Notes: generated by a model from the sequence alone, not told the origin. Counted from the first letter of the stretch, positions 46,109-61,699 are shown. The stretch is 64,000 nt of DNA from the human T2T-CHM13v2.0 reference genome, Homo sapiens (GCF_009914755.1 NC_060925.1), one strand, 5' to 3'. Program-made: numbers and translations.

Positions 46109-47504
46109 GATTTATGTCTACTTATAGGCTGCTGAACAAATTTTAATTTAGATATTAACTGACCTTGCCCCCTCCTTACCAAGATCCTAATTTTTTGTGT
46201 TTGATTTATAGTTTGGATCTAGAATTTCCGTTCAAAATGTTCTCAGATTTCACAATCATTAAATAGAAGACAGTTCTAAATTTATTATTTGAGAACCTGT
46301 GCTAATCTTGGGGGAAACATTATAACAATAAGTAAAATGGAACTCAGTGCTCTTTAAATGGCCAAGAACATCACAAACCGGAAGCTTGGTCACTTGTGGT
46401 CCTGACTTGTAAAAAGAAGTATTTGCTAACCATGTTTTTATTTTTATTTTTTTAAACTATTGAATTTCAGGTAGTCTATGAGGGGAGTATACTTGTAGTA
46501 GCATTTTGCTAGATGAGCTGCCTTTATTCCAAATCAATAAATGAGTGGTCTGAGCACATGTTTCTTTTTTTGAAATAGTTTCTTTGAAGTTTTATTGTGG
46601 ACTTAAATCTAATATCCCTGACGTAATATTTATTGACTTTCTAGGCATCATTCATTCATTCAACAAATGTTTCTGAGTGCTTGTCAGATTCTACCACTAA
46701 GGTTGCTGTACTGAACATGACTTATAAGGTGCCTGTGCTCAGCAAGCTTACCTTCTAGTGAGGACTAAACAGAAACCAGACAAGTGAACAGGGTTTAAAT
46801 TTAGGAGAAGTACATACAGAAAATAAAATCAGGTGATGTGATAGTGACTTCAAAGGGTCTCTCTGAGGAGGTGACATTCAGACAAAGACAGAGGCCTGGG
46901 CAGAAGCATCTTCAGTGGAAGGAACAGAAATTCCAAAGGCTGTAAGGTGCTTGTGAGTGAGTTTGGTGTACATTTACATGGTGCTGTAAGTGCTGAGAGG
47001 GTATATTAATGTGATGGTTTAATGTGACTAACATATTTTGTGGAAATTAATTTTGATTTTATGATCAATCACACCAGATTGCCATAACTTAAAATTTCTA
47101 TCTCAGGTCTTAGGAGTTACACTAACTTTTACTCTGTTCTATATTTGGCCAGTGGAACTCAAACCCATTTGAAAACGTTTGGTCTGAGATGTTCATTTAT
47201 TTGCTGGCTTGTGTTCTGTTCTCTTTTAGACAGTTTTTTTGTGACCCCATTGTAATGTAAAAACATTTAAATATTTGCCAAATTAGTTGAATTATAAATC
47301 TACATTTTTACATAGGGAGACAAAATATAATGAAAAATAATTATAGTAACTTGGAAGAGACTTCAAAAGCAGTATCCAAAACTGCAAATTATGTTATACA
47401 GTTTAAGCACTTAGTTCATTTTCTTTGTAATAAAACTTATTCCACAAATACGTAATTATTTACAGGATTCCTACATAAATAAGGAACTACTAAGATTGCA
47501 TGAA

Positions 47505-47800
47505 GGCTGGGTGCGGTGGTTCATGCCTGTAATCCCAGCAGTTTGGCAGGCAGAGGCGGGTGGATCACTTGAGCTCTGGAGTTTGAGACTAGCCAGGGCA
47601 ACATGGCAAAACCCTGTCTCTACAAAAAATACAAAAATCAGCCCAGTGTGGTGGTGGTGGTGTGCGCCTATAGTCCCATGTACTTGGGAGGCTGAGGTGA
47701 GAGGATTGATTGAACCCAGGAGTTTGAGCCTGCAGTGGGCAGTGATCGTGCCATTGCACTTCAGCCTGGGCGACAGAGCAAGGCCCTGTCTCAAAAAAAA
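47505..47800 (+). mobile_element. AluJ
   Basis: ggattgattgaacccaggagtttgag right arm; poly(A). Confidence 0.9.
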
Positions 47801-48156
47801 GTGTAGCACGAAAACCACATGTTCTCTTTTGTGTTGAGATATGCATATGATTATACCCTTTTATCAAAATTTAGTAAAAGCATTTCTTAGCTTTTGCTCA
47901 AATTACAGATTCTATATGTCTGTCCTAACTTGTCATCCATCCAGCTGAAGCGTCTCAAGGTCAGAATCATGTCTGTTTCATCTTTCTGACCCCATGGAGC
48001 AGAGTACAGTGCCTATGCATAGTAATCTCTCAAAATTGTTTGTTGAGTGAGTGAATGTGTGAACATTTTATGAAATTATCTTTAAGAGTAGTTACTCATG
48101 ATCAGTATACTTTAAAAGATCGGCAAAACATTGATGACTTTTTAAAAAGTAATTTT

Positions 48157-48459
48157 GGCCAGGAGCAGGGGCTCATGCCTGTAATCCCAACACTGGGAAG
48201 TGAAGGGGGGAGGATCACTTGAGGCCAAGAGTTCAAAACTAGGCTAGTGAACGTAGCCAGACCACATCGCTACAAAAGAAAAATTTTAAAACCAGCTGGA
48301 TGTGGTTGGCATGTGCCTATAATCCCAGCTACTGGGGAGGCTAAGGCAGGAGGATTGCTTGAACCCAGGAGTGCAAGGCTGCAGTGAGTTACAATTGCAC
48401 CACTGCACCCGGCCTGGGTTAAAGAGTGAGACCCTGTCAGAAAAAAAAAAAAAAAAAAA
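48157..48459 (+). mobile_element. AluJ with TSD
   Basis: ggaggattgcttgaacccaggag; TSD aaaaagt(a/c)attt. Confidence 0.9.
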
Positions 48460-51454
48460 GTCATTTCATAAAATTGTTGGAAAATATGCATTTCTGAAGG
48501 AGAGGCGTCAGTGTGAAGAACACTCATCTGAACTAAGAATCAGAAAATGGATCTGAATTTCAGCTTTGCTATTCATTCAGTGTCCTTAAATAAATCATGC
48601 AACCTTGCACATCATTTTCTTATTTATACAATGAAAGCATTGGATTGATCATTGCTAACATTTCTCTCTGCTCTAAAACTGTGATTTTTATCCTTTGCTA
48701 TTTGCAAGAACCAGAAGAGATAAAGGTTGCCTTTTATGTTAGATTTGATTCTAAATCTAATGATATAGGACAGCGGTGCTTAAGCTATTTTTGTGAAGTG
48801 ATAAGGAAAAACCCTGGGAAAGGTTCAGTGGTGGTTTGCACAGCTGATTATTTGTTATGATTAATTGTTCCACTTTTATTTTCTTTTGTGGCCTGTAACC
48901 TAATTTTTCACTTAGTATTGGGATTATTTTAGTACAAACAAGTGATATATTTGTAAGAAGGGATCCAGAGAGTATGGTAAAATGTCTGGATGCTGATGTT
49001 CTCTAAGTTAAAGGAGATTCTAGGGGGTAGTCTATAATAAAGGAAAAACACATTTTTTAAGGTTTTAATTTTTCAGAGTGCAGGGAGGTGCTAGGTGCTT
49101 TCCTCACATTAAGTATAACATTTCCTTTTACAGTATGTCAGCATATTGTTGAAGTTTTCCAATATGAAAATAATATCTATTTACTAGCATATTAAAGCTT
49201 AGCAAGAGAATTTTAATAGCCTCATTTAGCCTCCTAAACAGTCAGAGGCAGGGAAATATTATTAGAGTAACAACACTGTAGGTGCTCTCTTTTGTCTCTA
49301 GTAGCAAAATGAATTCTGGCTACCATGTACTGTAGGAGTGCTGCTGGCTTGAGGCTCCTGAGATCTGGCATGGCTGTTATACTGACTTGTTTTCTTTCAA
49401 ATTCATGTTAGAAAAATCTGTGCGTGTGTGTGTGTGTGTGTCTGTGTACACAAATATTTATATTACCGTGTCTCAGTGCTTTGAGACTGTGTGAGGCGGG
49501 GGAAGAGCTGTTGAGGCTTTTTATAGATAAAGTTGATAATGCTTTTTTGACTTGGTTTTCTGTTACCATCTTTTTTGTCTCTATTATGATATCTATTATA
49601 TAAGTCAGAAGGAGAAATGACACAAATGCCAGTATACCAGTTCAAGATAGGATCTTGGTTTGATTTAGCTAAAATTTACCCTACTTATTGGTGCAATTTT
49701 TAATAATAGAAAACCATTCCTCATTGCTTGGAATTTTTATCTGCACTTTCCATTTTGAATATTATTGTTAGTTGTTGAACACCAGGTTTACTCTGCAGGA
49801 CACCAAGCAAAGCTTTAGAAATTTCTGCCATCATTAAACCCTGAACAGACTGATAAGCAGCAAAATTGAATCAGTTTAAAAAAAAAAAAAAACTTGCCAA
49901 CAAAAAAAGTCCAGGACCAGATGGATTCACAGCTGAATTCTACCAAACATTAAAGAAGAATTGGTACCAATTCCAAAAGATTGAGAAAGAGGGAATCCTC
50001 CCTAAATCATTCTATGAAGCCAGTATCACTCTGATACCAAAACCAGGAAAGAACATTTAAAAAAAAACTACAAGAAATAATAAATAAATAAAAATTAAAA
50101 AGAAAACTACAGACCAATATCCCTGATGAACATAGATTCAGAAAACCTCAAGGAAACACTAGCTAACTGAATCCAGCAGGACATAAAAAAGACAATCCAC
50201 CATGATCAAGTAGGTCTCATCCCAGGGATCCAGGGATGATTTAACATACACAAGTCAATAAATGTGATACATCACATAAACAGAATTACAAACAAAAACC
50301 ATACGACCGTCTCAATAGACAAAGAAAAAGCATTTGATAAAATCCAGTATTCCTTTATGATAAAAACCCTCAACAAACTAGGCATGGAAGGGACTTTTAC
50401 CTTAAATTAGTAAAGCCATATCTGACAAACCCACAGCAAACATCATACTCTATGGGAAAAAGTTGAAAACATTCCCCCTGAGAACTATAACAAGACGACA
50501 ATGCCCACTTTTACCCCTTCTATTTAACATAGTCCTAGAAGTCCTAGCCAGAGCAGTCACGCAAGAGAAAAGAAATAAACAGCATCCAAATTGGAAAAGA
50601 GGAAGTCAGACTATCGTGATTGTATGCCTAGAAAACCCTAAAGACTCTTAGATTCGAGAAACAAATTCAGTAAAGTCTGAGGTTACAAAATCAGTGTTTA
50701 CAAATCAGTAGCACTGCTGTACACCAATGACCAAGCCAAGAATCAAATCAAGAACCCAATCCCCTTTACAACAGCTGCAATAAAATATAAAATACCTAGG
50801 AATATACTTAACCAAGGAGGTGAAAGATCTCTATAAGGAGAACTAAAAAACACTGCTGAAAGAAGTCATAGATAACACAGACAAATAGAAGCACAACTCA
50901 TGCTCATGGACTGGAAGAATCAATATTGTGCCAGTTGACAGATTCAATGCAGTCCCTATCAAAATACCAACATCATTTTTCATGGAATTAGAAAAATATC
51001 CTAAAATTCATATGGAACCAAAAAAGAGCTCAGGTAGCCAAAGGTAATTGTAAACAAAAAGAACAAATCTGGAGGCATCACCCACTACGGGATTTCCAGT
51101 TATACTACAAGGCTGTAGTTACCAAAGCAACATGGTACTGGTATAAAAGTCGGCATGTAGACCAATGGAACAGGACAGAGAACTCAGAAATAAAGCCAAA
51201 TATGTATAACCAACCTGATCTTCAATAAAGCATACAAAAAAGTAAATTAGGAAAGGACACCCTATTTAATAAATGGTGCTGGGAGAACTGGTTAGCCACA
51301 TGAAGAAGAATGAAACTGGATTCCTATCTCTCACCTTATACAAAAGTCAATTCAAGATGGATCAAAGACTTAAATCTAAGACTCAAAACTGGAACTAGAA
51401 GATAACCTTGGAAAACCTCTTCTGACATTGGCCTAGGCAAAGAATTCATGACTA

Positions 51455-51762
<308 letters not shown>

Positions 51763-52246
51763 GAATCATGACTAAAACCCCAGAAGCAAATGCAACAAAA
51801 ACATAAATAAATGGGACCTAACGGAATCAAAAAACTTCTGCACAGCAAAAGAAATAATCATCCGAGTACACAGACAACCCACAAAGTGGGAGAAAATATT
51901 TGCAAACTATACATCTGACAAAGGACTAGTATCCAGAATCTACAAGGAACTCAAACAAATAAGCAGGAGAAAAACACAAATAATTCCATCAAAAAGTGAG
52001 TAGATGACAGGAGTAGACATTTCTCAAAATAAGATATACAAGTGGTCGACAAACATGAAGAAGTGCTTGGAATCATTAGTCATCAGGGAAATGCAAATTA
52101 AAACCACAATGAGATACCACTTTATTACTGCAAGAATGGCCAGATCTGGTGAAAGGGGAATGCTTATACACTGCTGGTGGTAATGTAAATTAGTACAAGC
52201 TCTATGAAAAGTAGTGTGGAGATTCCTTAAAGAAGTAACAGTAGAA

Positions 52247-52528
52247 GGCTGGGCACGGTGGCTCACACCTGTAATCCCAGCACTTTGGAAGGCTGAGGTG
52301 GGCAGATCACTTGAGGTCAGGAGTTTGAGACCAGCCTTGCCAACATGATGAAACCCCATCTCTACTAAAAATACAAAAATTAGCCGGGTGTGGTAGAGGG
52401 TGCCTAATCCCAGCTACTCAGGAGGCTGAGACCTTGAACCTGGGAGGCGGAGGTTGCAGTGAGCCGAGATCACGCCACTGCACTCCAGCCTCGGTGATAG
52501 AGCAAGACTCCATCTCAAAAAAAAAAAA
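52247..52528 (+). mobile_element. AluS nested in L1
   Basis: TSD taacagtagaa. Confidence 0.93.
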
Positions 52529-54260
52529 CCTAACAGTAGAAATACCATTCTATCCAGCACTCCCACTACAGGGTATCTACCCAGAGGAAAAGAAATCATT
52601 ATATGAAAAAGACGCCTACACATGCATGTTTATTGCAGCCCAATTCACAGTTGCAAAGATATGGAACCAACCTGAGTGTCCATTGACTAATGAGTGGATA
52701 AAGAAAATGTGATATGTATACACCGTGGAATACTACTCTGCCATAAAAAGGAACAAAATAATGTCTTTTGCAGCAACTTGGTTGGAGCTGCAGGCCATTA
52801 TTCTAAGTGAAGTAACTCAGGAATGGAAAACCAAATACTATATGTTCTCACTTATAAGTGGGAACTAAGCTATGAATATGCAAGTGCATACAGTGATATA
52901 ATAGACATAGGAGACAGACGTGGGAAGAGAGTGCCAGATAAAAAAACTACATAATGGTTACAACATCACTATTCAGATGACAGGTGCATTAAAATCTCAG
53001 AATTCACCACTATATAATCCATCCATGTAACCAAAGCTATTGAAATTTTAAAAGACATTTTAGCCGTTATTTTTGTGGAGCCATGAACATGATTCAGAGG
53101 CTAAATTGTAATAAAAGATTTCTCTTAATGTTCTACTAAGTTGGTTGCTTGGTGTTATCATAACCAGTGTAAAGTGAATGGGCCATAGAAGGCCTTCTTC
53201 TATACCAGGGAGAATAGGGAACCTCTTAAGGGTCGTTGTAAATTTTTTGTTGTAATTGCAGGATGAGTGACTTTGAACATGAAAAAAGTAAGAGTCTGTG
53301 AATAGATGTGTTATGGAGCTGCTGTTTTTAATTCAGAAAGGGAGGGTGTATAGTAACTGCTTTAATATGTAAAAATCTTTAAAATTTTTATTTGGTCTAA
53401 AAAGCATTACAAGTAGAAAACTTTTTTTTTTTTAGTTTCTGTACAGTTAAGTCGTGAGTTGGACAAAGAATTTTTACTGAAGGAAATAGATTATTGGTGG
53501 AGACTCAAAGTAGTAAGGGCAGCATTTTGGAGTTCATCCATTGAGCCTTTTTGCATTCAGGTAAAATGAGAGCTAAACTCAGGCCAAATGGAGAGATGGT
53601 CAGAAAGAATCCAGTTTTATGTTACTTCTAAGCAACCTGAGCTTAGTATTTGAAAAATCTTCATTCATATTTGTCTATTTCATCTTCATCACAACTTAGA
53701 ACTTTCTCATATTGTAACACATCTTTATATTTAATATCAATATTGTAATTCCTGCCACAGTGGTTCTTACTTGTTTTTAATCTTTATCATTTTCTCTGTT
53801 GGACCTATTTTTAGGACTCTGGTTCATCTTAGCTCCTCATTGTCTGAAGCAGAAAAACTTCTTTCAAGAGGTTCTTTGTGATAAAATAATAAAAACTGAT
53901 TACACAGCGTTGCACTCCATTATTTACACAGATTTGGGTAATAAAGGAAAAGTGTTTGGTCAGATTCTGGGGACCTAACCAAATATATTAGGAAAGTAAA
54001 GAATTCAGCTAAAATTCTTTTAATAAAAATAAATTTACAAAAACTCGGTGTCCATTAAAAAGATTGAAACAAAAAATAGAAATGTATATGGTAAATGTTA
54101 ACCATTTAGTGTGAAACTACAAGTCCTTTTTCCTGTGTTCATATATATGTCCATAGGTATATGTAAAAGTCAGATCATATCTGTAACTATCCAGCATATT
54201 TCCAATTATATGCAAAGCACTGTAGTGTGAAATACGGGGACTGTTTGCACTTTAAAAACT

Positions 54261-54394
54261 TGTATCATGAAGGCTGATTTTTAAAAATTATAGGCTGGAA
54301 ATGGTGCAAATATGCTATATATGTTTATATGCTGTATGGGAAGACTGATTTTTTTAAAATTATAGGCTAGAAATGGTGCAGGTATGCTTATATA
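54261..54394 (+). repeat. Diverged two-copy tandem duplication, period ~72 bp
   Basis: ctgattttt..aaaattataggct(g/a)gaaatggtgca..tatgct present twice. Confidence 0.9.
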
Positions 54395-54659
54395 ACTAAG
54401 ATAACTAAGTTGATGTGCAAGACAGGAAAGAATGGTTGAAATTAAAAACCATAATTTAATATTGATTTTGCACTAATAACCAGACCCAATTTTGGAAATT
54501 CCAACTTGTTCATAATGTGCATATACAACAGGAGTTTTGCAGAGTTTTGGCAAAGTATGTGGCAGCCACATGTCTTCACAGAACACTGAAATAATCCTTA
54601 GTAAACTCTGGTAACTCTAACTTGTGAACACCAAATTAATAACTCTTAATAATTTAACG

Positions 54660-55110
54660 TATTTGTTATTGGTAGTTTGCTTTCAGCTTCAGACAATTGG
54701 AACTGGCTGAAATACAAAGGAGTTTGCGTGGCTAATCTGATTGAGAAACCAGAAGCTTCAAGGACAATAGGGCAGGGCTGTGTTTGGACTCTGCACTTCT
54801 GTGTTTTGCTTTACCCTCATGGTTGCAAAATAACTGCCAGCAGCAGCCAGGGAAATATGCTTCCTTGTTAATAATGTCCAGAGAAAAGAGAGTAGTCTCA
54901 GTATTCTCTATTAAAAGTAAGACTATATCAGAAAGGTTCAGGAGCTCTGTCCTTGATTTCACTGCCCAGAATTGAATAAAAATTTGAAATGCAGTTCACT
55001 TCTGAGCAAGCCATTAGCTAGGGGGATGGGATTAATCATTCAGGCCCTTTCCTTGTCCTTGCTCTTATTCAGCTAGAGAGAGTTGGAATGGCAACCAGCA
55101 TGTACTACTA
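54660..55110 (-). mobile_element. Old MLT1 (K/L-like) LTR
   Basis: ctcatggttgcaaaataactgccagcagc, gcccagaattg, ctagggggatggg. Confidence 0.55.
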
Positions 55111-55261
55111 CTATGTAAGCCCTCAGTCAAATGTCACAACCAACAGAAGCAACAATTTTGAATCAGCTCTATCCCACTAGTGGCAGGAAGAAAATACTTT
55201 GGCAATCACTAGTGTAATGAGAATTGGGCTGAGGATGGACCCTAAGGAACACTAACTTTTA

Positions 55262-55705
<444 letters not shown>

Positions 55706-56215
55706 TTAAAGTTAGAAATAGAGACTTGAATTTATTCTTTAATAAAAAATGTTCCTTGAACATTTAAGTAAAAATGTATCTATGATACAAGCATTTTCTA
55801 ATTTAAGATAATAGCAAGCAGAAGAAAACAAGTTAAATGTAAATTTTTTTTCTGTTTCCTGCTCTGTATGTAAAGTCAAGAATCTGACCTTTGAGTAAAT
55901 TTCATCATATTTCTTATCGTAAAATAGATTACAAAATAAATCCTGAGAATAAGTAAACAAACACTTCCCTTTGAATTTCCTGGGGTGGTTTGTATTTCGT
56001 TTTTTTTAATTGTGGCTGGTCTTCAGATTCATTCAAAATATAATTTTAAGAGTCCATTTTTTGGGAGTATAATACTGACGGCATTTAGCAATTTATTTTT
56101 AATTATGAGCTTCAAAAAACTATTCAGTTTGCTTGAATTCATTAATTTTAACAGCATATGCCATGTTCAGTTTACCCAGTGGCTTTTCTTCATTAAATCT
56201 GTGTGTCTCTGGTCA

Positions 56216-56580
<365 letters not shown>

Positions 56581-57205
56581 GAATTATGGAAAGAAAAGAA
56601 ATATGGAAGGAGTTGTGATTGGATATACTGAGGTTAAAGGATAAAATGAAAAGTGTATCTTGTAGTATATATGAAGGCAGTGTGGTTAGTTACTAGGAAG
56701 AACTGCATCCTTGTATGTTTTTTAAAAAAATCTTACAAGTAGTGTTGTTAAAATGTATGACTCAAACTTCATACTCATCTTTACATACATATTTAATATG
56801 TTGAAAAAATTATTCTTCTAAAAGGAATAAATGGTTAGGTTTGCTGCCCTGTGTGGGAAGACATCAGTGATTGGAGATTGATTGTGATTAGTAATACATT
56901 ATGAATGGTAGTGGATTGAATGTTCTACGTGCAAGGACCCTCCTGTCCTTGAGTGATTATAAACAAACACTTGATTTTCGCTTGGTGCTTTACATGTGTA
57001 GGAATGACAGACACACTGAACTACTGTTTATCTCTGCATATCTTTTAGACGGTGAGATATTAGCCAACAGACTCAATTCAGGAGACCAGAGTTTTTTTTT
57101 TTTCATTTTATTTTGCTGCTGTTCCTCACCTAGTTCCAAAGAGTGGGATAAAGCATTGCATTTTCTATTTCATATTTGCCTCCTCTGAAGTTTGACACTG
57201 TAAGT

Positions 57206-57377
57206 CAGTGGTTCAGGGTCTTCTAGGGGTTTGTTAAAACCCAGATTGTTGGGCCCCCACCTCCAGAGGTTCTGATACAGTAGGTGTGAGGTAGGGGCCA
57301 AAAAAGTGCATTTCTAATAAGTTTCCAGGTGATGCTATGATACTGATCCGGGTACTGCCCTTTAAGAATAGCTACTG
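57206..57377. mobile_element. MER5A hAT MITE
   Basis: cagtggtt...ttgttaaaacccagattgttgggcccc...tgcatttctaataagtttccaggtgatgct. Confidence 0.85.
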
Positions 57378-57838
57378 TGCACTGTTCACAATAGCAAAGC
57401 CATGGTATTAACCAAGGTGCCCATTAATGATGAATAAAGAAAGTGTGGTACACAGATACCACGGAATACTACACAACCATAAAAAGAACAAAACCATGTC
57501 CTTTGCAGCAACATGGATACAGCTGGAGGCTATTACCCTAAGCGAGTTATTGCAGAAACAGAAACCAAAATACCACATTTTCTCACTTGTAAGTGGGAGC
57601 TAAACATGGGGTAGGTACCACATGGATATAAAGATGGGAACAGCAGACACTGGGGACTCCAAAACGGTCAGGAGGAAGGAGAGCAAGGGTTAAAAAATTA
57701 GAGATCAGGTACCGTATTCACTGTTTGGGTTATGGGTTCAATAGAAGCCAAAACTTCAGTATCATGCAATATATCCAGGTAGCAAACCTACATATGTACC
57801 CTCTGAATCTAAAATAAAAATTAAAAATTTACAAAAAG
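57378..57838 (+). mobile_element. L1 3' end (L1PA16/L1PB4-like), 5'-truncated
   Basis: gcactgttcacaatagcaaag...tgtcctttgcagcaacatgga...tgtaccctctgaatctaaaataaaa; degenerate TSD aagaatagctactgtg / aagaattaccattgtg. Confidence 0.88.
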
Positions 57839-57852
57839 AATTACCATTGTGA

Positions 57853-58466
<614 letters not shown>

Positions 58467-58918
58467 TAAAAACTCTTAACAGTTTTAATTAAACCAAGGA
58501 ACTGTCATATTAAATTTATTTAAGGAAAAGATGCATAGTATTTACTACTGTTTAGATTAGACTTTATATTGGTTCTCTCTCTCTCTCTCTCTGAATGTTA
58601 CCTATTACATTAGGTGACCCACAGGGAATACTCACTTAAAATTTTATGTTTCTTTAGTCAAAGAATGGTTATCACTTGGTGATGGGCATTTTGTAACTTT
58701 TCACAGACACGTTAGTTACTGCTGTTGGGCTGAAAGCCACTTTTGGACTAGCAGAAAATACCTTGCGTTATTTTGTTTAACATTTCAAGCAAAGATAAAA
58801 TTTTTTAAAAATTGTTCTTAACTGAGATAACATAATTATTATTTCACTAAATGAATATTGAAACTTTTAAAACCAATCTGAAGCCAGTACAGCCTCTTTG
58901 CCATTGCCAGCTGTGCAT

Positions 58919-58932
58919 GTTGCTATGGAAAC
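58919..58932. promoter_or_regulatory. Candidate RFX X-box
   Basis: GTTGCTATGGAAAC, close to the palindromic GTTGCCATGGCAAC consensus, in non-repeat DNA. Confidence 0.45.
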
Positions 58933-59460
58933 TCAGTAGGGACTAGCAGGATTACTGTTGTGAGGACCACACCTGGTTTATTTGCATCCAGTTTAAGTTG
59001 GGGGAACATTTCAAAAGAATAAAAGGTCTCAAGATGTGCCAATGGACAGCAAGAAAGAGCTTGTTAGTTTGTAACCATCATATTGGAAGGGTGGGTAGGT
59101 TTTTCTTACTCCTTACAGTTCCTGGTTGGGAGGGTTTGGTGGATGTGTTAAAAATTTGTTTTGTGTATTCATTTCTCTCAATTTTTCGCTATTCCTTACG
59201 GTGTTTTTTTGTTCTGTGTGCTTTTTGTTTTAGGTATTTCTTCTTGTAATTTAAATGTTTTTTTCATTCTCTTAAAGTATGGACAGATCAAAATTTTTTA
59301 AGAGGAAAGAATTTAATTTCTTTTCAGTTGTATTATGTAATAAAATATCTTAATAAGGTTTTCATCACTGTTAGCTATGGTAGAATTTTATGTTGATCTC
59401 TGATTTTAAGTAGTATGAGCCTCTATGCTCCCCTTCACTCACAAAAACAAAAACAACTCC

Positions 59461-59952
59461 TTTTATTTATCCCCCGCCCCCGAGACGGAGTCTTGCTCTG
59501 TCACCCAGGCAGGCCGGAGGGCAGTGGCACCATCTCGGCTTACTGCAACCTCCACCTCCTGGGTTCAAGCGATTCTCCTGCCTCAGCCTCAGCCTCAGCC
59601 TCCTGAGTAGGTGGGATTACAGGCACACGCCACCACACCCGGCTAATTTTTTTTTTCTTTTCTTTTTTTTTTTTTGAGACAGCATCTCACTGTGTCACCA
59701 GGTTGGAGTGCAGTGGCGTGATCTCTGCTCACTGCAAGCTCTGACTCCCTAGTTCAAGCGATTATCCTGCCTTAGCCTCCCGAGTAGCTGGGATTACAGG
59801 CATGCATCACCATGCCTGGCTAATTTTTGTATCTTTTAGAGACGGGGTTTCACCATGTTGGCTAAGAGGGTCTCCTTCTCCTGACCTCGTGATTCGCCTG
59901 CCTTGGCCTCCCAAGGTACTAGGATTACAGGCGTGAGCCACCGCGCCTGGCC
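59461..59952 (-). mobile_element. Three-monomer Alu (left-right-right) inside a single TSD pair
   Basis: Full AluSc-like element 59648-59952 plus an extra right arm 59461-59647; aacaactcctttt at 59452-59464 and 59953-59965. Confidence 0.85.
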
Positions 59953-60869
59953 AACAACTCCTTTTTAAGAAGACACTTTGAACTGCATTTGATTTTGTTT
60001 GTACCATTGCATCTCAGCTGTTCAGATTCATGAAATAGGAACAAAACTGAATGTACAGAAAAAAGTTATGTGGGCCAGTTATATGAGCACTGAGTATGGA
60101 TCTATAAAATTTACATAGTTTTCATTAATTAGCTATACTACTCAATCAGTTACACTGACTTATACCAGTTATACTAATTATGCTAAATCAAAAATAGCTA
60201 TAATAGTACAAGTATATGTTAAATAAGAGTCATAGCATGTACCATTTCTTTATTGGTTTATGTTGTTTGAATTCTATCGATGAGGATTCTGAGGCCTCAT
60301 GACAAAGAGGGGGATGGTCAACCAGTGATAGTAAATTTTCACACCTGTGTGTACCAAGTATTGGTCTTTCTCATTTTCTAAATACAAAATATAATCTTAT
60401 ATCTTTTTTCAGAATACATCCATAGCAACCTGTATGGATCTATTGCTATCTATATCGTCTATCTATGTATATATATAAAGCCAGTAGATACTTGTATTGT
60501 ATATTAGGGGGAGGTTAATGTCAAATGTGGAGATCAGGTTTTTTTTTTTATGTTAGTGAAATGCACCCTTTAAAAAAAACCTGAGTAGGCTGTTTTATCC
60601 AGCTTCATGAAAGAATAGCACCATACGACACATATTCAAAGAACTTTCTGATTTATCTCCATGGTCCTTTCGTAAGGGCAGGTACTAGTTATTTCTGTTT
60701 TGTAGGTGAGGAAATAGGTACAAGAGGTGCCTGCCTAAGGCAGCTAATCTAAATGTGTCCTGATGGATAGTCTGGTGTCCCCCACTGTGTGTAATTGTTC
60801 TCTCTTTAAGTGTTAGGTTATTTTATACAGCTTACTCAGTTTTGCCTTTTTCTCTTTTTGTGTTCATAG

Positions 60870-60970
60870 ACTGGAAAAGTAAGAAGAGCTTTCCTGCCTT
60901 TTTAATTACCAAACTACTCTCAGTTTTCAATGAATCAGTTCAAAGAAAGAATGCAGTCTTTCTATACCTG
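60870..60970 (+). other. Probable internal exon (101 nt) of an unidentified host gene, possibly 5' UTR
   Basis: cttac branch motif at ~60831, long pyrimidine tract tttgcctttttctctttttgtgttcatag, donor ctg|gtaaat; non-repeat; GAAGAG/GAAAGAA enhancer-like motifs. Confidence 0.6.
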
Positions 60971-61699
60971 GTAAATATTTTCTGCTAAATAAAGCTATTA
61001 ATTTAGTAGCATCTGATAAATCCAGGTGTTATGATGATTACCTTTAATTTTGTGGAATGACTATTAAAATGACTTATCAAATATATATTTTTCTATTTTT
61101 AACTCTGAAATTTGTTTGATATTTATTGATATGATGGAGTGATGCTTGGGATGCCTGCGACCCAGCCAGCAATGGAAAATAGTTTAGGATTGGCCCTAGT
61201 TCTTAGATTAGACTCTGGTCTCTTTTGAAAAGGTTGTGAAATCAGTGGAAATAGGGTATATAAATATATTTTTATATCATCTTTATTCTGTGATGATATA
61301 TCATTAGCATTAATCCCTGTATGATAGTTTAATAGAAGCACTTTGTAAATAATGGTTTTATAAAATTAATGTAGTAATGAGAATATTACATTTTACCATT
61401 TTACAAATTACCTACATGAAGATTAAAGAAGTAACTTGCGAAAGAAATTCAGCTAGCTAGTGTAGAACAGAGATCCGACTCCAGTTCAGAATCTACATCT
61501 GACTCCTAGTCTAGTGCCTTTTTTATATTTTTATTTTTAAGTACTTTAAATATAAATGTACGTGTCTAAGAGAATAAACAAACCATAGTGATGTTTCACA
61601 TGGATTTTTCTTTTGATATAGCTTATAATGTTACAGTGTTACTGTTAACAGTATTAACCATTAATTAACTGGTATGTGCCTTTGAAACTTTTGTATGTA

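Noticed and set aside
49866-50651. Reverse-transcriptase-like ORFs as part of a retron or other novel RT system
   Set aside because: They are fragments of decayed LINE-1 ORF2 with stops and frameshifts
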